This document shows, in pieces, positions 1-8,112 of a DNA stretch of 28,737 nt. Every line of letters begins with the position of its first letter. The first letter of the stretch is position 1. The stretch covers positions 1 to 28,737 of the forward strand of contig JBEQAF010000020.1 of the NCBI GenBank assembly GCA_041640455.1, read 5' to 3'. The notes beneath the pieces are model-generated. The model saw only the letters and a program-made list of their open reading frames with translations, had not been told where the DNA came from and did not search any database. The DNA comes from a bacterium (GTDB lineage Bacteria > CALINM01). The position numbers and the translations under genes are program-made.

Positions 1-715
1 CCTTAAGAAGAGCCTCTACTCTCTCATCTCTGTCTGCACCAACACCTACAGCTGCTCCAACTCTCAGTCTACCTAAACCGTCTTTACAGGAGTTTGGATA
101 TTTCCTTGCTTTTTCGATATCCTTGATAGTTATTAACCCTTTCAACTTAAAATTTTTATCCACCACTGGCAGCTTTTCAATTCTGTATTTCTGAAGAAGC
201 TCCTTAGCATCTTCCAGTGTAGTGCCTTCTGGAGCGGTCACAAGCCCCTCTTTTGTCATCACTTCCGAGACAGATTTCTTAAGATCCTTTTCAAATCTCA
301 GATCTCTGTTTGTTAAAATACCAACCAGCTTTCCGTTTTTAGTAATGGGAATGCCAGAAATTTTATAATTTCTCATAACCTCCAGTGCCTGATATATCTT
401 ATGCTCTGGAGACAGTGTTATGGGATCTACAATCATGCCGCTTTCAGACTTTTTTACCTTATCAACCTCTATTGCCTGAGCCTGAACAGACATATTTTTG
501 TGAATAACTCCCAGTCCGCCTTCTCGAGCCATAGTAATTGCTGTTGATGCTTCAGTAACCGTATCCATTGCGGCACTGAGCAAAGGGATGTTAAGCCTGA
601 TGGCTTTTGTGAGAGTGGTTGAGACATCAACATCCTTAGGCAGAACTTCAGAATATCTGGGTATAAGTAAAACATCATCAAAAGTTAAAGCCTCTCCTAT
701 TATCTTGTTCTTCAT
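1..715 (-). CDS. guaB: IMP dehydrogenase, N-terminal part (runs off the left edge; absent from the ORF track)
   Basis: Manual translation from ATG at 715 (SD AAGGAG at 725-730): [19 protein letters not shown]...[14 protein letters not shown]...[15 protein letters not shown]...CBS pair...[10 protein letters not shown]. These are hallmark IMPDH motifs. Confidence 0.97.
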   Translation of the reverse strand, partial: MKNKIIGEALTFDDVLLIPRYSEVLPKDVDVSTTLTKAIRLNIPLLSAAMDTVTEASTAITMAREGGLGVIHKNMSVQAQAIEVDKVKKSESGMIVDPITLSPEHKIYQALEVMRNYKISGIPITKNGKLVGILTNRDLRFEKDLKKSVSEVMTKEGLVTAPEGTTLEDAKELLQKYRIEKLPVVDKNFKLKGLITIKDIEKARKYPNSCKDGLGRLRVGAAVGVGADRDERVEALLK

Positions 716-739
716 ATAGTGTAACTCCTTAAATGAAAT

Positions 740-1588
740 TTAGCGATATGAAGGAAAGTCTAAACCAAACTCTCTTAAAAAACCTTCCTTTTTTACAACA
801 AGCTTTGCTTCTCTGGTTATATCAATATCCTTGTATGGGAAGTTTATGAGAAACTTGAAAAAATAGGCGGGCGATTCAGGCCAGAATATGGTTCTATCTC
901 CAACTTCCGGAATATTCACTGTAAATGGATTAATCATTCTGCCATCCTGCTCAATATATATTCTGGCTCCTTTGAAAAAATCAGGTGTATCACCTGTTAG
1001 AACCAGAAAGATAAGTAGGTATGGATCTTGAATTATATTGTGAATGTCTGTAGTCGACACATTGCGTTTATTAAGAGATTTTTCTACTCCGTAAAGTATC
1101 AATCTGAGTCTTTTGGTATATACCACAGAAGGCATATAATCGTAAAAAAATGTATAGGGCTTTAATATATCATCCATTCTCGATGCATATTTTTCCCCTA
1201 TCTCCAGCAGGTTCATCAGCTCGTCCTCAGCAAACTGCATCTGCATGCCTCTTTTTTCAAAAGCAAAGGGCGCCAGCTCTGATAGTTCCTTTTTTATTTT
1301 CTCTCGCTCTTCAAGAAACCTTCTTTTTTCTATATCTTCCTGCTCCTTTTTCTTTCTTTCTTCGTAATCTCTTATAGCCCTGCTTGTTTTTTCCATATCT
1401 ATATCTTCCAGAGGAATACCGATCTCATAGCCTGAGCGCAGTTTTATGATAAAAAGCCCCCTCTCCTGTTTGTGTTCAATAGCATCGAAGAACTTATTAT
1501 TTTTAAGATATATGTTATAAGACATAGCCTCCCCGTAAATTAAAAAGAGGAGGCTTATGATTGATAAAATTATACCTTTTCGAGCCAT
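740..1588 (-). CDS. Hypothetical exported or membrane-anchored protein, 282 aa
   Basis: Long ORF co-oriented between ilvE (19-nt overlap) and guaB. It has a basic plus hydrophobic N-terminus, a small beta-rich domain (YNIYLKNN...IGIPLEDID), an E/K/R-rich coiled coil and an unrecognised C-terminal domain. Confidence 0.8.
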   Translation of the reverse strand: MARKGIILSIISLLFLIYGEAMSYNIYLKNNKFFDAIEHKQERGLFIIKLRSGYEIGIPLEDIDMEKTSRAIRDYEERKKKEQEDIEKRRFLEEREKIKKELSELAPFAFEKRGMQMQFAEDELMNLLEIGEKYASRMDDILKPYTFFYDYMPSVVYTKRLRLILYGVEKSLNKRNVSTTDIHNIIQDPYLLIFLVLTGDTPDFFKGARIYIEQDGRMINPFTVNIPEVGDRTIFWPESPAYFFKFLINFPYKDIDITREAKLVVKKEGFLREFGLDFPSYR

Positions 1589-2484
1589 TCTCTGTATTTT
1601 TTTACCTTAGCTTTAACAATGTCAAAAAACATCTTCTGAATCTTTTTTGTAATCTCTCCAGGTTTACCTGTACCAATTTTCCTGTCATCAACCTCTCTCA
1701 CTGGCGTAACCTCTGCGGCTGTTCCAGAAAAGAATACCTCATCTGCCAGATACAGTTCATCTCTCGTAAACCTTTCCTCCATAATGGGAATTTTAAGGTC
1801 TTTCGCAATGGTAATTATTGAATCTCTCGTTATGCCGGGTAGAATGGTGGTCAGCGGTGCTGTTTTAATTTTACCGTTTTTAACAATAAATATATTTTCA
1901 CCACTTGCCTCAGAAACATATCCTTCTGGATCAAGCATAATTGCCTCATCATAACCTGCCTTCTTTGCTTCTTTTTTGGCAAGAATAGAGTTTACGTAAT
2001 TGCCAACAGTTTTTGATTTTGTCATCATAACGTTCGGATGATGTCTCGTAAAAGAAGACACTTTTGCTCTTATGCCATTTTTAAGCCCCTCTTCTCCCAG
2101 ATAGGCTCCCCACTCCCAGCAAGCAATAGCCACTCTAACTGGATATTCCTCAACATATAATCCCATGGGACCATCTCCCACATAAACCAGGGGTCTAATG
2201 TATCCTTCTTTTAATTTATTTTTTTTAAGACACTCCTTTGTAGCCTCTATCAGTTCCTCTTTTTTGTAAGGGATATCAAGCTGACAGATATGAGCGGAAT
2301 CAAAAAGCCTGTCTATATGCTCTTTCATTCTGAAAATATAAGAATTTCTGTCAACGCCTTGATAACATCTGATACCTTCAAAAACACCGAGCCCATAATG
2401 AAGAGTATGGGTCAGCACATGGACCTTTGCATCAGCCCACTTAACCATCTTGCCGTCCATCCAGATATACTCACCTGTTGGCAT
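1570..2484 (-). CDS. ilvE: Branched-chain amino acid aminotransferase (PLP fold type IV)
   Basis: Motifs [41 protein letters not shown] and [16 protein letters not shown] upstream. Confidence 0.97.
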   Translation of the reverse strand: MPTGEYIWMDGKMVKWADAKVHVLTHTLHYGLGVFEGIRCYQGVDRNSYIFRMKEHIDRLFDSAHICQLDIPYKKEELIEATKECLKKNKLKEGYIRPLVYVGDGPMGLYVEEYPVRVAIACWEWGAYLGEEGLKNGIRAKVSSFTRHHPNVMMTKSKTVGNYVNSILAKKEAKKAGYDEAIMLDPEGYVSEASGENIFIVKNGKIKTAPLTTILPGITRDSIITIAKDLKIPIMEERFTRDELYLADEVFFSGTAAEVTPVREVDDRKIGTGKPGEITKKIQKMFFDIVKAKVKKYREWLEKV

Positions 2485-2514
2485 ATCAAACTCCTTTATT
2501 TATTTTAAAAATAG

Positions 2515-2544
2515 ATTTTATAAGAAAAAGACATAACAAATCAA
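2515..2544 (-). promoter_or_regulatory. Putative sigma70 promoter of ilvE-hyp-guaB
   Basis: Minus strand reads TTGATT-18 nt-TAAAAT, about 30 nt upstream of the ilvE ATG. The context is AT-rich, so a chance match is possible. Confidence 0.4.
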
Positions 2545-2566
2545 TCAGTTTTTTGGAAATGTGTGG

Positions 2567-2607
2567 TTACTACTGTAAAGTGCTCCTTTTATTACTACTA
2601 TAAAATG
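2567..2607. repeat. Imperfect 16-bp direct repeat pair
   Basis: TTACTACTGTAAAGTG (2567-2582) and TTACTACTATAAAATG (2592-2607); 14/16 identical, period 25. Confidence 0.7.
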
Positions 2608-2716
2608 TAACATTCATTTTCAACTTTTTCTCCATGGATGATTAGCTAGTGGTGATGTATCTGATAAATCAACCCTACCTTTAGATGAAATCTATCTAAA
2701 AAGTAGAAGAATAACA

Positions 2717-2757
2717 CATGTGACACTTTAATTTAGTAAAATCATGTGACATTTTAA
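2717..2757. repeat. Imperfect 15-bp direct repeat pair, candidate transcription-factor sites
   Basis: CATGTGACACTTTAA (2717-2731) and CATGTGACATTTTAA (2743-2757); 14/15 identical, period 26. Confidence 0.7.
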
Positions 2758-2920
2758 AATTGTAACCACAAACATATGATTTTGCTTTAAACTAAGTTTT
2801 TTTTAATATATAATATAGTCTTTCAGTTACCTATTGGAAAGGAACCCAGAGATATTTCAGAAAAAATTTAGCATTCACGAAAAGGTTCTTCTTCCACACT
2901 AATATAAAAAAGGAGTGTTT

Positions 2921-3952
2921 ATGGCAAGAGCTGATAGGTTTTTAAATGCGCTCAGAGGACAGGATGTAGATTGTACACCCATATGGATGATGAGACAGGC
3001 TGGTAGATACCTTGAGGAATATAGGGCAATAAGAAGCAAGCATAGTTTTATAGAGATGTGTAAAAACCCTGAACTGGTAATTGAAGTAACTCTTCAGCCA
3101 ATAAGAAGATTTGAACTGGATGCTGCTATTATTTTTGCTGATATACTTCTTCCTCTCGAACATATGGGAATAGATTTTGAGTTTACCAAAGATGAAGGTC
3201 CTCAGATCAATAATCCTGTTAGAACAAAGTCAGATGTAATGAAGATGAGGAATATCTATCCAGAGGAGCAGATGGACTACTTACTCAAATCTATTAAGAT
3301 GGTACGGTCTGAGTTGAATGGTCTGGTACCGCTTATAGGATTTTCAGGTGCACCATTTACGCTGGCGAGTTATATTATAGAAGGCGGCGGATCAAAAAAT
3401 TATGTTAATACAAAAACCATGATGTACAGGGAACCTGAAACATGGCATCTTCTTATGGAAAAGCTTACTGACATGGTTATAACCTATCTAAACTCCCAGA
3501 TTAAGGCAGGAGCTCAGGCCGTGCAGGTTTTTGACAGCTGGGTTGGCTGTCTTTCTCCTTCTGATTACAAGGAGTTCATCTTTCCCCATCAAAAAAGGCT
3601 GATGGATAGTATTGATAAGTCAGTTCCTCACATCCATTTTGCCTTTGGTGCATCCCATCTTCTTAAATACGTAAAAGAAGCAGGGGGAGATGTAATAGGA
3701 CTTGACTGGAGAATAGATATTGACGAAGCCTGGAAGCTTATTAACTATGAGGCAGGTGTTCAAGGAAATCTGGACCCGGTAGCTCTTTACGGATCAAAGG
3801 AGTATATAAAAAACCGCGTTGAAGATATTTTAAAAAGAGCTGGGAACAGAAACGGCCATGTGTTTAATCTTGGACACGGTATACTACCCACAACTCCAGT
3901 TGATAATGCTAAGTTTCTTATAGATACTGTCCACGAGCTGAGTAGAAGATGA
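2921..3952 (+). CDS. hemE: Uroporphyrinogen decarboxylase
   Basis: Motifs PIWMMRQAGRYL, DAAIIFADIL, LIGFSGAPFTLASY, QVFDSW, QGNLDP and FNLGHG. Start moved from the GTG at 2915 to ATG 2921 because AGGAG at 2911-2915 is then correctly spaced. Confidence 0.97.
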   Translation: MARADRFLNALRGQDVDCTPIWMMRQAGRYLEEYRAIRSKHSFIEMCKNPELVIEVTLQPIRRFELDAAIIFADILLPLEHMGIDFEFTKDEGPQINNPVRTKSDVMKMRNIYPEEQMDYLLKSIKMVRSELNGLVPLIGFSGAPFTLASYIIEGGGSKNYVNTKTMMYREPETWHLLMEKLTDMVITYLNSQIKAGAQAVQVFDSWVGCLSPSDYKEFIFPHQKRLMDSIDKSVPHIHFAFGASHLLKYVKEAGGDVIGLDWRIDIDEAWKLINYEAGVQGNLDPVALYGSKEYIKNRVEDILKRAGNRNGHVFNLGHGILPTTPVDNAKFLIDTVHELSRR

Positions 3953-4839
3953 AAAAAACTGCTGTAATCCTGACCACCCTCGGTGGACCGAGAAGCTCTG
4001 GAGAGATTCCAGATTTCATAAAAAGATTTGTGGGAAAAGAGCTCCCACCGCCTGTAATGAGGGCTATAATAGATAGATACAAGCTTATAGGTGGTTATTC
4101 ACCCCTTTGTGAGATTACAGATAAACAGGCAGAGCTTCTGGGGAAAAGCTTAGAATCATCTTACTTATGTATTCCTGCGTTCAGATATGTTTCACCTTTT
4201 ATTGAAGAATCTATTGACATGGCAATAAACTCTGGGGCTGAGAGAATTATATTTCTTATACTCTCTCCCTTCTATGCATCTGTTACCACCGGTAACTATA
4301 TAGATACTGCGATTAGATATCTAAGTCAGCTTAAGCTTTCTCTTAAAACAGATTTTATCCACAGCTGGTATAATAATGAAAAGTTTGTCAACTGCTGGTC
4401 AGAAAAAATTAAGGAAGAAGTTCAAGACTGGGATAGCTTTTTTATATTTTCTGCCCACAGTCTGCCGGAAAGATTTATCCATGAACCCTATAAAAAACAG
4501 ATTGAAGAGCTGACTGAAAGAGTAGCAAATCTGCTTAATCTAAAAAATTATGCTTTGGGCTGGCAGAGTATCCCCTCTCAGGTGAAAGAGCCATGGATTG
4601 AGCCTACAGTGGAAACCATAATGGACAGAGCAAAAGCTCAGGGATTTTCGGGTATAATTCAAGTGCCCATAGGTTTTACAGCAGATCATATTGAAACACT
4701 CTATGATATTGATATATGCCACAGAGAATATGCAAAAAAGATCAGTCTTAATTTCAACAGAGTTTCATCACTGAATACAGACGAAAGATTTATTTATGCC
4801 CTCGTAGATATAATTAACACATTTTCTGGAGAGAACTGA
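3949..4839 (+). CDS. hemH: Ferrochelatase (HemH, possibly coproporphyrin ferrochelatase CpfC)
   Basis: Motifs LGGP, RY..IGG.SPL, FSAHSLP, PWIEP and GFTADHIETLYDID; ATGA overlap with hemE. Confidence 0.95.
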   Translation: MKKTAVILTTLGGPRSSGEIPDFIKRFVGKELPPPVMRAIIDRYKLIGGYSPLCEITDKQAELLGKSLESSYLCIPAFRYVSPFIEESIDMAINSGAERIIFLILSPFYASVTTGNYIDTAIRYLSQLKLSLKTDFIHSWYNNEKFVNCWSEKIKEEVQDWDSFFIFSAHSLPERFIHEPYKKQIEELTERVANLLNLKNYALGWQSIPSQVKEPWIEPTVETIMDRAKAQGFSGIIQVPIGFTADHIETLYDIDICHREYAKKISLNFNRVSSLNTDERFIYALVDIINTFSGEN

Positions 4840-6227
4840 TGAGCAAAAAAATAGCTATTATTGGAAGCGGCATATCTGCCCTTGCATGTGCAACCATTTT
4901 AAAAGAAAAAGGCTATGATTTTAAAATTTTTGAGATGGAAAACCGCATAGGTGGCAAGATACTTACAGCAGATATGGATGGATTTACTGTGGAATACGGA
5001 CCCGACAGCTATCTACCAGAAAAATTCTGGTCTGTTCAGCTGATTAAAAAAGTAGGGCTTCAGGATGAGATGTTGACCACCAACGACGAGTTTAAAGGCA
5101 CCTATATATATTCAAACAAGAAGCTACACCCTCTGCCTGAAGGTGTAATGTTAATGGTACCTACAATGATTATGCCACTGGCAAAATCAAGCCTTATAAG
5201 CTGGCCAGGCAAAATCAGGATGGGGCTTGAGCTTTTTATCCCACCCAAAAAGGATAATTCCGATGAGAGTCTTGCGGAGTTTGTTACCAGAAGATTGGGG
5301 AGAGAGTGTCTTGAAAAGATAGCCGAGCCGCTGGTAGCGGGCATTCATACATCAAACCCTGATAATATGAGTGTGCTGGCAACCTTTCCCAGATTTGTGG
5401 AGATGGAAAAAAAATATGGCAGTCTCATAAAAGGCATGCTGGTAGCAAAAAAGATGGCTCCCCCTAAAAAGGATGGTGGACCTAAAATGACTTACTTCAT
5501 GTCTATAAAAAAAGGTATGCAGTATCTGGTTGAAAGGATAGCCGATTTTATAGGCAGGGAGAATATCTTTCTCTCAAAAGAGCTCAGTCTTGTAGAAAAA
5601 AATGCATCAGGCTACAGGCTAATTTTTAAAGATGGAGAAAAACAGGAGTTCGATGCCTTAGTGCTCTCTACACCATCCTATGTGACCAGGCACATTCTGA
5701 GAGATATGGATTTTGAACTTTCAAACCTTCTGTCAGATATAGACTGGTCGTCTTCTGCAACTGTCAATATGGCATACCGAAAAGAAGATATTAAGGTGGC
5801 ACTAAAGGGATTCGGATTTATCGTTCCAAGAATAGAAAACAGGCGTATAAATGCCTGCACCTATAGCTCCATAAAATGGTCATATCGTGCTCCTGATGGG
5901 TATCTATTGTTGAGAACCTTTGTGGGCGGAGGCCATCATGAAGAGATAGTCAATCTGGATGACAAAGAAATAGTAAACATTGTTCTTGAAGAGATGAAAG
6001 ATATTGTTGGGATTGATGCAAAACCTGTTTTCACAAAAGTTTGCCGATGGATAAAGGGGATGCCTAAATACACAGTGGGGCATCTGGACAGGATTAACAA
6101 TATATTTAATCGTTTAAAAAATCATAAAAATCTTTATCTAATCGGGTGTAGTTATAAAGGGATAGGTATAGGGGATTGTGTTAAAAGCGGATTTGATGCA
6201 GCAGAGTTAATTACATCCGAAAAATAA
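4839..6227 (+). CDS. hemY: HemY-family FAD-dependent proto/coproporphyrinogen oxidase
   Basis: N-terminal GSGISAL dinucleotide-binding motif, EYGPDS, GFGFIVP, LLRTFVGG, MPKYTVGH and GIGIGDCV; TGATG coupling to hemH. Confidence 0.94.
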   Translation: MSKKIAIIGSGISALACATILKEKGYDFKIFEMENRIGGKILTADMDGFTVEYGPDSYLPEKFWSVQLIKKVGLQDEMLTTNDEFKGTYIYSNKKLHPLPEGVMLMVPTMIMPLAKSSLISWPGKIRMGLELFIPPKKDNSDESLAEFVTRRLGRECLEKIAEPLVAGIHTSNPDNMSVLATFPRFVEMEKKYGSLIKGMLVAKKMAPPKKDGGPKMTYFMSIKKGMQYLVERIADFIGRENIFLSKELSLVEKNASGYRLIFKDGEKQEFDALVLSTPSYVTRHILRDMDFELSNLLSDIDWSSSATVNMAYRKEDIKVALKGFGFIVPRIENRRINACTYSSIKWSYRAPDGYLLLRTFVGGGHHEEIVNLDDKEIVNIVLEEMKDIVGIDAKPVFTKVCRWIKGMPKYTVGHLDRINNIFNRLKNHKNLYLIGCSYKGIGIGDCVKSGFDAAELITSEK

Positions 6228-6236
6228 CACTTATAC

Positions 6237-6264
6237 TTGACTTTTTTTTATTAAGTGGTATTTC
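6237..6264 (+). promoter_or_regulatory. Possible sigma70 promoter of the GNAT gene
   Basis: TTGACT (6237-6242), 16-nt spacer ending in TGG, weak -10 TATTTC; SD AGGAGG just downstream. Confidence 0.35.
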
Positions 6265-6291
6265 TTTAATATAAATCAGGGAGGGTTATTT

Positions 6292-6852
6292 ATGAACCTT
6301 AACCTTTTCAGAAAATTTATTAATCTAAACAACCAGTACAGGGTTTTACTTCGTCCCTTGCAACAAGAAGATTTTGAAAACCTTGTAACCCTTTATGACA
6401 AAGCACCAGATGAAGATATAATCTTTCTTAGACATAATGTGAGAGAAAGAGAGATAATTAGAAAATGGGTAGATAATATAGATCTTAACACGGTTTTTCC
6501 GCTTCTGGCAATACATAATGAAAAGATTGTTGGTAACGCTACCCTTCATTTTGGTAAACATAGCCACAGGCATTCAGCCCAGCTTAGAATTTACATTGAC
6601 CCTAAGTACAGAAGACTCGGACTGGGCACCCTTATGATAAAGGAGCTTATTGACATATCTAATAAAATCGGACTTAAAATAGTCTGGGCTGAGATAGTTA
6701 TTGAGCAGTCAAAGGTTATAAAAGCCTTTTTAGAGCTGGGTTTTCAGTTTAGTTGCGTGTTAAGAGACTGGTTTATGAGTCAGTCTGGTAAATGCTATGA
6801 TGTGGCTCTTCTGATATTTAATCTGGGGAAAAAGAGCGAACCTGATTTCTAA
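6292..6852 (+). CDS. GNAT-family N-acetyltransferase
   Basis: Acetyl-CoA binding motif A (IYIDPKYRRLGLGT) and motif B-like AFLELGF; strong SD. Substrate unknown. Confidence 0.88.
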   Translation: MNLNLFRKFINLNNQYRVLLRPLQQEDFENLVTLYDKAPDEDIIFLRHNVREREIIRKWVDNIDLNTVFPLLAIHNEKIVGNATLHFGKHSHRHSAQLRIYIDPKYRRLGLGTLMIKELIDISNKIGLKIVWAEIVIEQSKVIKAFLELGFQFSCVLRDWFMSQSGKCYDVALLIFNLGKKSEPDF

Positions 6853-8112
6853 TTAAAGTCTTAACCCCATAGAATCAATTAGCAGTTTCTGCAGAGACTC
6901 AATCTGACTCAGAGACTCCATAAGCTCTCCCCGCTCTTCATCTGACAGAATTTTAGGATCCAGATAGATGTCAGATTCTGATTTTCCAGTCAGATAAAGC
7001 ACCTGTGTAAATATTTTCAGTCTTGACAGAAAATAAAAGGAGTTTTTTAACCTATTACCTGCCTCCTGATTAAAAGCACCTGACTTGACAAGCTCGTTTA
7101 TACGGTCTATTGTTCCAGTTTTTTGAATTTTGTTTTTAATGGCAAAGGCTCTTATTATCAGCACGAAGGGAGCCCAGACATGGAGTTTATAATTTATTAA
7201 GCCCTTAAACTTACCTTTTGTCTCGGTCTTTAATGATTTTAAAAACCCCTTTGCTATACCAAGAGTGGCTGCAGATTTGGCTATCTCGGTTACCACTATG
7301 TGGTTATTATAAATATAGTTTAGCAGATTTTTTGAAAATCTCTCAGAAAGCTCCTCATCTCCGAATACAAACCTGAGATCTGTGAGAACGATAATATTAA
7401 CCAGATTCTTTTTAAAATCAGGGTCTGAAAACCTGCACATGTAATTTATTCTCTCAGCCCAGTCTTTAAGGCTGCCTCGCCATCTGGGATTTGAAGGCAT
7501 TATCTCTCCAGTGCATTTTTTAAATCCACATAGAGAAAGCCGTTCAACAAGCAGCTTTGAAAATCTTTCGTGATAAAACTCCTTGTATCTGCTCGCGCTA
7601 TCTTCATAAACGATAAGATTGTCCTGATCAGTAAGGAGGGTCTGCTCTCTCCTGCCATCACTCCCAACTGCAAGATAGGCAAAGCTCTCATCAGGCAGAT
7701 ATATGCTGTCCTGAATGAGCTCCTTAATAACCATAGTAATAACTTTTTTTGATATCTTATCTCTATATTCAGTACAGATTTTGTGTATTTCAAATGCTGA
7801 AGGAACGATCATGAAAAAATCTTTCTGAAGCTCATTAAGCTCCCCATGAATATCTCTAAGCTCAAAGTAGCTCTCAGCTATGTCAATTCTATTAATAAGC
7901 TGTCTGGTCTTCCATTCAAGCTCTTTGATATGCTGAATCTTATCTGCAAAAATTTCATTGACACTCTGAAAAAGCTGAATTATTTTCATTCTGTCAAGAG
8001 ATTGAGATTGAAAATTGAGCACATTAAACAGCTGACCTGTAACCTCTATCACTTTTCTACTTTCTGATAACTCAGCCAGTACCTTTGGATTAAACTTTAG
8101 CTCTGCGGCCAT
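6853..8112 (-). CDS. DUF294 / DUF294_C putative nucleotidyltransferase (GlnD/GlnE-like fold)
   Basis: Motifs AVGSDGRREQTLLTDQDN, C.GEIMPSNPRWRGSL..W, DLRFVFGD and a C-terminal K...IR.FA...T..RI segment. The N-terminus looks helical, with no recognisable cNMP or CBS domains. Confidence 0.88.
   Translation of the reverse strand: MAAELKFNPKVLAELSESRKVIEVTGQLFNVLNFQSQSLDRMKIIQLFQSVNEIFADKIQHIKELEWKTRQLINRIDIAESYFELRDIHGELNELQKDFFMIVPSAFEIHKICTEYRDKISKKVITMVIKELIQDSIYLPDESFAYLAVGSDGRREQTLLTDQDNLIVYEDSASRYKEFYHERFSKLLVERLSLCGFKKCTGEIMPSNPRWRGSLKDWAERINYMCRFSDPDFKKNLVNIIVLTDLRFVFGDEELSERFSKNLLNYIYNNHIVVTEIAKSAATLGIAKGFLKSLKTETKGKFKGLINYKLHVWAPFVLIIRAFAIKNKIQKTGTIDRINELVKSGAFNQEAGNRLKNSFYFLSRLKIFTQVLYLTGKSESDIYLDPKILSDEERGELMESLSQIESLQKLLIDSMGLRL

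Noticed and set aside
2640..2700. Fluoride riboswitch-like GGTGATG start, and FNR-like CTGAT-AA-ATCAA
   Set aside because: The downstream pairing and conserved 3' motif of the fluoride riboswitch are absent. The FNR-like site has a 2-nt rather than 4-nt spacer.
2642..2731. Open frame LASGDVSDKSTLPLDEIYLKSRRITHVTL as a small gene or pseudogene
   Set aside because: It is preceded directly by a stop codon, with no usable start codon or SD and no recognisable homology.
2567..2757. CRISPR mini-array
   Set aside because: The repeats are only 15-16 nt, two copies each, with spacers of about 10 nt; no cas genes are present.
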